Positions 43,412 through 54,900 of a stretch of DNA of 64,000 nt are shown piece by piece. Within the stretch, counting starts at the first letter, position 1. Each line of letters begins with the position of its first letter. Made by a program: the position numbers and the translations under genes. This DNA is from Tubulanus polymorphus (Eukaryota > Animalia > Nemertea), in the NCBI RefSeq assembly GCF_964204645.1, contig NC_134026.1, positions 2,751,950-2,815,949 on the forward strand. The letters run 5' to 3'. The notes below the pieces were generated by a model, which saw only the letters and a program-made list of their open reading frames with translations, was not told where the DNA came from and made no database searches.

Positions 43412-44589
43412 ATGGTGGCAAGTATTTTTTATTTTTACCTTTAACATGTTTAATCGTTTTTAAATACGTGTCAAAAGCGCTTATATTTTACATACTAAAG
43501 GCACATAGTTTGGCGTTTGGTTTTTCAATTGTTTTCTAAACTTTTGACCGAGATTCATTGTGAAATATATGAGAATATAATCAGTTTATCTTCAATAAAT
43601 CCATATTGAATTGTTGTTTTATATATACACTTTCTCTATATATGGTTTGAAACGCATTTTCAGCATATTGGGCTCCAATTTAAAGCAGAACTTGAAAATA
43701 TTACAAATCTAACTCCGACAGGTGAAGATTTTCGGTGGTACTTGAAGGTTAGTTTTCTACAGTCGATAACAACAGTCTTCCATTATAAATAATAATGTTG
43801 ATTACCAGAATAGAACGCTTCCAACTGCTACCAGCTTTTAAAAGTGTTTCATTATTGAATTTTAGCTGAAATGCTTGCACTGTGGTGAAGAAACTAAAGA
43901 GTTTATCTATCTGACATTAACAGTAAGTACTGTCTGTTTTGAGTAAGATATCCGGCATCATGTAATATATTCATAGCGAACTTTTAATTTGGTTTTACCA
44001 GGAAAATTCGCCGTTGAAAGGAGGAAGAGGCCATGCCAGTTTAGTGCTGAAATGTAAACTTTGTAGCAGAGAGAATTCTATAGGTAAAGAATGTTAACAA
44101 TTGCATTGACAACCGCAAATAGCGCAGATTTTTCTACTGCCAGAAATAATTTCAGATATTATTCGAGACAGCATTTCATCATATAATGCAGACGATGTAC
44201 CTAAATTTAAGACGATTGTTGCATTTGATTGTCGGGGCGTTGAACCAGTAGAGTTTTCACCAAGAGTAAGTAGGTTTGATGTGACCTATACCATTATGAC
44301 AAAATGGCCACGCGCAAGGTTGATAGATGCATAAGCGTACAACGATTTTTTATTATTATTTAAAGGTTGGATTTACTGCTGAAGGAGCGGAGAGTGGCAC
44401 AGCATTTTCAGAAGTTGATCTAACGGAAAATGTAAATGATTATTGTTGATATACATTTATTTTAAAAGCCGAATGAACGCTTTACTTTGAATTATTGTCT
44501 ATTATTTGTAGGACTGGTCGGATTTTGATGAAAAATCGAACGAATCTGTTGGAATCTACGAATTACAACATAAATTTGTTAAAATCTAA
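43412..44589 (+). CDS. CZIB: CXXC motif-containing zinc-binding protein (C1orf123/DUF866 family)
   Basis: Seven short exons 43412-43417, 43664-43747, 43866-43922, 44002-44083, 44156-44265, 44366-44431, 44512-44589 give [18 protein letters not shown]...KCLHCGE...[22 protein letters not shown]...[11 protein letters not shown]...[25 protein letters not shown]. Not in the ORF track. Confidence 0.95.
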
Positions 44590-45162
44590 ATTTCAAATTT
44601 TAGTCACTTGTTAACTATCTCGCTTCTTCATTATGTGCCATTTATTTCTAATATTGGAAAATCATTCTTGTAAATATATATTCAATTACTAAAGAATCTA
44701 GTTATTATTTCGATTCAAATCTCCCAAATTTCTCTGAATTATCGGATGGATAAAGTTCGTAGTTTCTTTTGGGTACTGATAATGGGTTCAAAATACCCTA
44801 CAAAAAATTCATGACCGTCATGTGCTGCCACCTACAGTATCCACAATTCTATTGCATCAGTTTTCGACCCGCGTGTAGCTTGTTGTGGCTGCTCGATATT
44901 CGTTGCGCTGCGCTGTTAATAAACACAAATACGCCAGATTTACTCACCCTTCTCATAAGGTAAGTTGATTTCTTAAAATGTGTGTTTCATTCCATTTGAA
45001 TGTTTATGAATATAAGTCGTGACTCGCTGTGCGTCACTGACGACTTACTGCTTATTTCCATTCGAATCCTCGCTTGCCAGTGAAGGACATCCCGCGGTAT
45101 TCGAGATTCGTTAAAAATGTATAATAACATGTTCTGATATTTTCCAGTTTGTTCAGTCTGAA

Positions 45163-48100
45163 ATGTCTACCTCCTCTGAGCCGACTGCTAAAACTGCCAT
45201 GATTAACGGCAATGGTAAATCACATACATCGAGTCCCGATGATTCTAGTTCACTGACCGACAACGTCCAACTAAAACGGACTTTAGGATTACGAAATGGG
45301 ATTTCAATAATCGTCGGAATCATTATCGGAAGCGGAATATTCATCAGTCCTAAAGGCGTATTTCACGAAGCTGGATCTGTCGGCATGGCTTTACTCGTCT
45401 GGGCTATCTGTGGATTAATGGCATTATTGGGTGCTTTATGTTACGCCGAACTAGGTGTCTCGATACCCGTATCTGGTGGACCGTACTCTTACATAAAACG
45501 TGCATTCGGAGATCTTCCGGCTTTCTTGGTGTTATGGATTAACGTTATAATTCGTGTGCCTGCTGGTAATGCGGTTATTGCGCTAGGATTCGCGTATTAT
45601 ATCGTGGAGCCATTCTTCCCGACCTGTGAACAGCCAGCCGTATCAGTTCGTCTGCTGGCAGCGATTGCTATTTGTAAGAATTTCATTAATCTTCAGGGTT
45701 CAATTTGTAAATACCGTAAACCAGGCCTTACTCAGACACTGTCAACTTGGATTCTTTAACTCTAGACAAAACAAAATAATTTTTCGACTCTTGCCGCGAA
45801 ATTTGCTGACGGCAGACTGGTTTTTCCGGCCCCAGTTCGTCTCGAGTGAGGGGAGGTTTACTGATGTTCCTAACAGTTGATTTGGATTCAGAAAGAAATT
45901 CTTAAAATAAATTGGGTCCAAGCAAGACAAAAACCTAGTGACAGTGAAGTGTGTACAATGTCTTGTATCGCAAGGTTGTCTTCCCCATTTATCGTAACAT
46001 CATGAAAGAATTGTGAAGTTGTTCGGCCTATATCAACCGTAATATTATAAAAGTAGCTTAAAGGTTTGATGAAATATGAAATCCTATTGATTTCAGGTAC
46101 TTTGAGTTTCTTGAATTGTTTGAGTGTGAAATGGTCGTCACGAGTTTGTGACTGCCTGATGTTTATGAAGATATTTGCCCTGGCTATTATCATTATAGCT
46201 GGAATTGTACAGCTCTGTCGAGGCGAGTATCTCAATTGTCATCCCATTTGTCCATTTTTAGATTTGAATCAATTTTAATGAAACAATTCAATTCTTACGC
46301 AGGTTATACACGCAATTATGAAAACATGTTTGAAGGCACATCACCGGATGTTGGAAAGATAGCTTTAGCTTTCTATGCGGGATTGTTCTCCTTTTCGGGA
46401 TGGTTCGTGGTGATATTTTTCTCGATTTCGTTCGATGAATTCAATTTTGTGCCGTTTTGATAATACAGAGTTTGTATCTCATTCTTTCACGTAGGGATAG
46501 TTTCAATTTCGTGACGGAAGAAATTAAGAACCCAAAACGGTGAGGAAACTTCTCGATTACGTCCATATTATCTTCTGTATATATGTCGTAACGTTCTATT
46601 TCACGGGCTCATAAAATATAATTCCAGAAATTTACCGTTGGCTATTTGGATCTCGGTACCATCAGTGACAGCTATCTATGTGTTGGCGAATGTGGCATAT
46701 TTTGCGGTATTAACTCCGCACGAGATAATGCAGTCTGATGCTGTAGCCGTGGTAAGTCCCTATGCTCATTAAAAAAAATCTTTATATCGTGTATTTTAGT
46801 TTAGTGAGACGTATAGTGTTGAGACTAGAAATTTCACTGGGTTTTTATTCTGAGTAAATTTGCACTGTATATAACATGAGATGTGTAGAAAAATTCTGTG
46901 AAAAATAATTTCCATTCAAATCAAGATATGAGTGAAATAATTGATAAAATTTATCGGGTTAATGAATGAAATTCTGCATTGCTCATAATCCATTTTAATT
47001 CGGATCACATTTGTCGCGTCAATTCGAATTTATTTCAGATTTAAACAGTCTCAAACTACGTTTCATCCTGACAATTGTAGTCATAATACAATCATAAAAG
47101 TATCAATATAGACTTGTACCCCAGCAGTAGTGATTTTGTTCTTGTGTAGAAGTGTACTATGACAAAAGTAACAATATTTGTGGCATCAATCAAGATTGAA
47201 GGTTGAATTAAAACTCGTTCTTTCTATTCATTTATTTCAGACGTTTGGTGATAAATTACTCGGTGTTATGACTTGGATAATTCCGCTGTTTGTAGCGTGT
47301 TCTTGTTTTGGTAGTTTGAATGGTTGTATTCTCACTAGTTCCAGGTAAACATTAGACATCCAGTTCTTATACTCATTTGAACTGTGTTACATTCTATAAC
47401 ACTCAACAACACGCCTCTATAGGTTCAAATATTAGTTGTTGTCATGAAAGTTCAAACACAGGTCACTTAATGCTTTTCACATTAAATAGTACCATCAAAA
47501 ATGCATGGTGATTTTTTTGAACTTTAGGAAACCTTAATGAGAACCTTGGGCTGCGCTTTCAATCTAATGAATTTACCATTTTCATTCAGTTCATATGAGT
47601 AAATCTATATAATATTGCGGTAGTAGCTGGCCCATTTAATCATCGCTGTATGTAATCAAAAGTATAAAATGTTGACCAGTAAGAAAAGTAAAGGCTTAAT
47701 TGAATCTATGCTGAAAATATTTTTTGTTGTCCCAGATAAGCCATTCAGTGACTTGAATCGAGTAATGAAGAATCACGAATCAATATTTTAACATGTAATT
47801 GATTGATTTCTTTCAGGTTGTTTTTCGTTGGTGCTCGTGAAGGACATTTACCCGACTGTGTGGCTCTCGTCAATCTGAAGTACTTCACACCTGTGACCAG
47901 TGTTATGTTTTCCGTGAGTAGTTTTTCATGTTACATGTACTGCAACTCGTATACTCACTCACATACTCACTCACGGGGAAGTTGGTTTTTTTTAACATCC
48001 TGATTGTATAAAGAGCAGTTGAAAATGAAATTCATGTATTGAAGCATGTGGTTTGTTCAACCCACATAAGTCGCGTGTACATTGTTTACAGGATTCAATT

Positions 48101-49968
48101 GATTTAGTTGCGATTACTTACGAGTGATCATTGCATGAATGATGTATGTTATCCTATCACCAGGTATCATCTGACATAGAATGTCTTCAAACCTATGAAT
48201 ACTGCAATTTTTTATGTGGAAATATTTAAACCATAAAAATTGATTATGAATTGCCATTTTTATTCAAGTAGTAATTACAGCTGGAATTCTCTTCGATTTT
48301 TCAGGCTCTATTGTCGTTAGCTTTTCTTTGCGCACCCGACCTGTACAAGCTGTTGTCATTTTTCGAATTTGTGGAAATACTGGTTTTAGCATTACCAGTA
48401 GTCGGTTTACTGTACTTGAGATACTCAGAGCCGGGACTCGAACGTGAAGTGAAGGTAAATATCGCGTGTCTCTGATTTGATTACCGTCACATGACACGAT
48501 AGAATTCGACACTTTCATAACTGCGCAATATGTTCCTTTATTCTTTGTTATCAGCGATTTCAGCCATGTTCAGGTATTGTCGCTAAATACTTGTTGTTAA
48601 TGCTCTGCTTGAGATGTGATATCTGATCAATTGAAATTAGTTCGATCTTTGTGAATTCAATGCATTCTATTTCGTGCTGGGTTTAAATGAAAAATGATCA
48701 TTGATGCACACTTGCTGGAAGTCTTCCATGTGGAATATTTATTTTTAGATATTTTTCTGCAATAGATTGCTGTGCGTTTGTAGTTGATTAACTTAGTACG
48801 AGTTGTGTCATGATGTTACTGTTGCTTAGCATGTTGTGACATAATTAATATTTTGTCTTGATCGAGAGAACATTTTCTCAAGATTATTCATGCATGGCAA
48901 ATGTTTAGGAACTCTTTGTATTATAGATAGATTACCAATTTATGAACTGGATGGAGTAAAATATGAAACTTGTAGTACAAGTTTGTTTGTGAGTTTAATA
49001 CTCTCTGGTCAGTTGTGTTACTCTAAATATTGAGTTGATTCAGCTTATAGTACAGGCAGTCAATTCTTGTAGCTCGTGGTCGGTCTATGAAAGCTTCCTT
49101 GAGTTTTGTTCTCGATGCTCGTATTTTGCTGTGCATGCGGTCAACAGTTATGAAAACTGAACTGATGAATATCTATTTTCTGTGTTGTAGGTGAATCTAT
49201 TGGTTCCGATCGTATATTTGATAATTTCGGCGCTGTTGCTCATATTCCCGTGGTTTATTGCACCGGTTGAATCTGGTTTCGGTTTGCTGATGGTCTTGTC
49301 CGGGATTCCGTTCTACTGGTTCGGAGTGAGCTGGAAAAATAAACCGAAATCGATTCAAAGCTTTATCAGTGAGTATTTCTAGCTACGAACAGGCTTCACG
49401 CAGATCAGAGAATGGTTCGATTTTATTCACAAATCATTACAAAATATTAGAAATTCTATCTTTCTGTGACAATTTATATTTTCGCTATGTTGGTGTAATG
49501 TTAGCGAATTTAATTTCTAGGTGGATTGATACATGTTGTACATTTTATCTCGCCAGCTTTCACCCAAATATCTATGAATTATGACCTCCATTTTAAATTT
49601 ACTCGTCCTTCAAGTTCATTCCTTTATTTTCCGCCCAGTTGGCTATTGCGTTCATTTTTCATTTGTCTGTCTGTGGATGGAATGAAGTTATCTTGGAAAG
49701 TTGTCATCACTCTTTGATGTATTGTCTTGATACATGTATTTGATTTGTACATGTATCAACCTTCAACTGATCTGCCAAGACCAATATGTATTGAAATTGT
49801 CAGATTGTCGAGCATTTTATGGGCATGGTGTCTAAGGATCCCCCTAGTTTCTAGGTCGTAGGTGTATTTTAATTTTTGCTCACTTTTTCAGGAAGTTCAA
49901 CGGTTTTCCTACAGAAGATTCTCAGCGCTGTTAATGTGGATAAGTCGTATGAAGAGAAACTCGCTTGA
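45163..49968 (+). CDS. SLC7 L-type amino-acid transporter light chain (y+LAT/LAT-like)
   Basis: Exons ~45163-45673, 46097-46222, 46303-46402, 46495-46539, 46628-46751, 47241-47344, 47817-47913, 48305-48454, 49191-49368, 49892-49968. [22 protein letters not shown], heavy-chain disulfide Cys in [43 protein letters not shown]. Exact orthology unresolved. Confidence 0.93.
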
Positions 49969-51510
49969 GTTAAAAGACTATTCGCGATCTGTTGGACCCC
50001 TGCCAAAAATTCTGCTTACCGTAATATCATCTATGAATCAATCAAATGCCATATTATTGATAGTATCGATAAAAGGTGCCGCCTTCTACTTTGAAAGTTT
50101 TTTGACAAACTATTCTTACTTCTGCGCATATTTTTCTGCGTGTTTGCTGTGAATATGATTTCTGTATTTTACTGTGATGGTGTGCATACACAGAAACATT
50201 CTCGAAATTTGATCTGAATCTTGAAATACTTAAATTTTGAATCTCTTTTTTTCCATTTTATCCCAGAATTAAGGTAAAATGAAAAAACTGCCATGGATAT
50301 TGTATTGTGAGATTTGTTAATCTCATATTTTCCTGAGAATACGTTGATAATGCCTCACTGCCGTGTTATTGTATGTCTACCGTATGTACAGTATTTTCTT
50401 AAAACTTTTGTCTTATTCTTTATTGCATATCTTCATGTTTTGCGATGTATTTAGCGAATTTACGCCGAAAGAATATTGTGTCATGATATACAAGTATACA
50501 TAGAACTTTTTGTTGTTATCAATGGATGACCCTTTTGTATCAGATATATGAATTTTTTACAGGCTAACATCAAATGTTTTAATGGATACCCTCATCGCGC
50601 ATGGAATAACAATTTTAAGATACCTATATAAGTGCTATCATCCTCTGCCTTTATTGTATATGAATGATTGGGTAAAGAAGAATTCAAACAGTGCTTGAGC
50701 ATTCATGGGAAGGGGTAAAACTTGGCCATTACCATGGAAAAAATCTGGCGAAAATTTCCGTACATACTTATTCAAATGGACTTTAAATGAAAAAAAATAT
50801 TGATTGTAAATCAAAGATAAAAAGATCATTTTGATATTTTGACTATTGTCATTTTCAAAACGATTCGGTCGATGATATTTTTGGAAACCTTTTGTAGATA
50901 CATTCGTGTATATGTATATGTTTTTTTAATGAAATAAAATGTAGCATCATTATAATCCTGAGTCTTGAGTTTGTTTTCTTGCCTGATAACAGTGGAACGT
51001 AGAAGTGCTATGGTGGAGTAGGGTTTGATGTGTTAGATTGGGCCTTGTGGCTGAACCTCTATCAACGAACATGTACGGAGCCATGTCGACGTCAAGGGCC
51101 TCATTCCCTGTCAACTTGTTTAAGCGTTAGGTTTCCACGTACATCGGAAACTTATATCACATTTAGCCCAGTTGTACCAGCTTTCGAAAGATACCCCTGG
51201 AATCGGTTTTCATGGTGTGAGTTAATGGCTAAAATCTGGTCAATGTCCAAATTTTAAACCTGGATTAAGCCTCCAAGCGAAACTGACCCCGGAAAATTCT
51301 TTCCGTCAACCACATAAATAAAGCTGTATCAACACTTCAACGAGCAGGTTGTGTCTTAGGGCGGTTTGTTCCTTGTTATCCCTTGAATCAAATTATCCAA
51401 GATTTGCGGAATTGCTTCCAGAAGTCCGTGATTTATTCAAAGATATTTCACTTTCCAGTTGCAGAAAGCGTAGTTTCTCTAAGTGGAACTAATAGAGGTT
51501 TTTGCGTCAC

Positions 51511-51683
51511 GTTCCAGGGTCTCTTCATATGATACAAAAGGGAAAACAAACGTTTTTAAAAGAAAATTATTGCTCCATAATGTTTCGTCGATTTTGTTCC
51601 AGGTTCTCTTCATATGATACAAAAGGGAAAACAAACGTTTTCTAAAAGAAAATTATTTCTCCATAATGTTTCGTCGATTTTTG
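51511..51683 (+). repeat. Tandem duplication of ~85 bp
   Basis: Two near-identical copies of GTTCCAGG(G/T)TCTCTTCATATGATACAAAAGGG...ATGTTTCGTCGATTTT upstream of the aminopeptidase promoter. Confidence 0.92.
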
Positions 51684-51897
51684 TAATATTCATTTTGGAT
51701 ATTAAATCACGGTTAAAAAAAACGAAATCGATTTTATTCCTTTGTTAGAGCCAATGTACATATTGGAATCTGCAGTCTATTCTAATATTTGTACCAGAAC
51801 AAATCGTCATATGTTCAATTTCCAATATGTTCGAAAATCTCATCCGGTAATTCAATAAGCGTAAAGAAATAGGAAGCCCTTTTCATTCCAGCTGCTT

Positions 51898-51905
51898 TAT
51901 ATAAA
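51898..51905 (+). promoter_or_regulatory. TATA box of aminopeptidase gene
   Basis: TATATAAA ~55 nt upstream of ATG 51955. Confidence 0.55.
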
Positions 51906-51954
51906 TATAATCCAAATTGCTATGTAAGCTCTGCACTTGCTTCGGTTCTTTCAA

Positions 51955-54900
51955 ATGGGAAAGATGGACTTGCTGAAGATTGCTAGCTTTTTACTTACAA
52001 CTGTGATAGTACAACACGCTGTGGACACTAAAACTGGTGAGTCAAATAATTATAAACTCAAGTAAAATCTTGTTAAAATTCACTTGCTGCTCAAAACAAG
52101 AAAAAAGAATTGAAAAAGGAAGCCATGCAAATGTGCTTCTTATCGTATGCTATTGTTGGATCAAAAATACGGTACATTTAAGTTTTTGGTTGTTGAATGT
52201 AATCTAATTTTCTGAAGAATCGATTATAGAAATGATGTTCTAAAAGCAAAATTGAATTTCGAAAGGCGTAAATCGTCACTGGATCTTTTTGAAATCCTCA
52301 GAACAGTTGAGGGTCAGAACTAAGGCACTTAAACGAACAGAAATTATGTCTATTCTTGTAATATATACGGTAAAAACTGAATCTTTCAATTCATTTGATT
52401 CACCTCAGTTCAGATGGAATTCTCGACTGCCTCGGTAAATTGAAGCCAGTGGAAATTGTGTTTAACAAGAAAATCAAAAGTCATACTCATAATTCAAGAT
52501 ATTAAGGATATGATTCTGAGGAATATTATGTCATTCATTTATTCATCTATCTAATACTCCGGATTCAGGTCCACATCGTTGCGAGTAGAGTTAATTCTGC
52601 GAGTAGAGTTAATTCACTTCAATATTGGATCTTGGGGTAGACATTGAATTCAATGATTACTCCAAGGTTGGATCAGAACTGTGAAACTGGGACCAAATGT
52701 TAATGTAAAAGCTAATAACCTACCAACTGAATTACAGCTCACATTTCCATGAAATAACACTGCAAATTCAAATTGATGATTGTATGTTTTAGATTGGCAT
52801 AGACCTATTTTATTTTACTCTTTTGTCTAAATCTTGTTAAAGCAGCTGACAAAGCAGCTGTTTTTTTATCTGAATTTTCTAGTTTGAAGTAACTGAATAC
52901 GTCTCCAACTGAGATTAAGAGAAGGAGAGGCTTTTGTAGATTTTGATTTTGATTCAGATATGTACGACACAGCTGACTTTCCAAACACACGTACCCCAGC
53001 TAGTTACACAAGAAACACTGGTGTATTGACAGACCCTTTTGTCAAATCCTAAAACGTTCTTATCCGCTTGTCAACTGTAGTTGAACGAAAAAGTCCTACA
53101 ATAGAAATTAATCAAATCAAAATGAAATCGCAACCTTTCAGCTGTTGACTAAAACAGCCATCATCATTCCTGATGGCAGTCAACAGCTGAAACAATTGCA
53201 TTCTATTGTAGGACTTTCATTTAGACCCATATATGTATGTTTGATCATATACCCATTGAGATCTATATCTAAAGAGATTCGAACATTTCGTACATAATGA
53301 GAATCCCACACTAACGAAAGATGAAGTCCGAAAAGTTTCCTTTAAGCTAGTAATTTTTTTGATTTAGATTTTATTGATTTGTTGATCTAACTCAGAATTC
53401 TTGAAGTTGACTAAGGTTATCAGTCGAAACGTCGAAACAGTAAATCATCAGCTTAAAGGGAACTTTCCGGATTTCATCTTTCGTTATAAAAGTCTGGGAT
53501 TCTCTATATATCGTCACAATACGGACGTAGTATCATTTCGTATTTCGTAGTGGATATTTCGTAATTAAGCAAAGTCTTCTATGTACACGATTAATTGAAA
53601 AGTTATTAAGTACAAATCTTTAAAAGCTGCGAAGAATGAATGGAGATTGATCATGATGAATTAATAATTGATGATGAAGAACTTTCATAAATGAGAGGAC
53701 AGTTTTATGGATTTCCTGAGCGGTTTCACAAAATTAATAAAATAGTTATGTTACCGACAAACACAATGCACAATGGATATAGGATTTTTCACGCAAAAGA
53801 CAGGATGACATAATAGTCCTTGTTAGTTTAGTATTTTAATTTCGATTCTCTCAAATAATGGCGACAATCAATATAAAGATTTCAAAAAAAAACTAAGGGA
53901 TGCCATATAAATGTTTGTAAAGCCCAGCCCAGCGCATAAGAAAAACTGAGTTTATATGATCAAATAACCACAGGCCCAGAGATTGTACATCACTGTGCAG
54001 GCTTAAGCTGGCAGTAAAAGAGCATAATCTAAATATTCTGTTTTAACACTAACCCATCAGGGCAGAATATCGGAAGAGTGGTAGATGTTAGAATTTTATT
54101 TTTCCTCATGATTGTGGATGTTTGCTTCCAATTCGATATTTTAACTGAAATCAGGTTATAGGATTTATATAGAAAACGATCATGTTTGGCTTAAGCTTCC
54201 GGTTCCAAAATAGGGTTAATAACGTGTCATAATACCACCGGAATTATCTTCTAGAGTTTTCATACGTCATCCTCGACTGCGGTATCTAAAAAGAGTCGAA
54301 TGTAGATTTTGTTTTAGAAAATAAAGTCAACAGTTAAAAATGAAATATATAAATCAGTGACCTGATTACCTATTGAAACAGCTGATTGTTGTATCATTAT
54401 TTGAATAGCTTATTGAAAAACGACGCTGGATTCTAGTTATTGATCGCTGTATATGTTCGAATGCTTATCAATACGTGTTTATGATTCAACTTTTAGACAC
54501 CAGTAACACCGATCTGCGCTTACCACGTGATCTAGAACCGGTTCACTACGTCATCGAACTTCGTCCAGATATATACAGTAACGATGCGACTTCTTTCCGT
54601 TTCCACGGTTTCACTCGTATTTACTTCAAGTGTCTGAAACCAACCGATCTCATCACATTTCACATATTGAATTTGGAAATCGACAATTCTACGATAAAAT
54701 TCGGAGCAAATAATACCAAACGAACGGCACCGAGTTTCAAGCAATGGAGACAGGACTCGACGCGACAGTTTTTCATCGGGGAATTGGACAAGAAGATGAA
54801 AGTTGGACGGGTCTATTTTATCGAAATGAAATACTCAGCACCGTTGATTACTGATTATAACGGGTTGTACTTAAGCCCCTACACAGAAAACGCAGTGACC

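Noticed and set aside
32676-52616. Small tandem duplications at ~32676-32715 and ~52581-52616
   Set aside because: Ordinary two-copy slippage duplications with no evident function.
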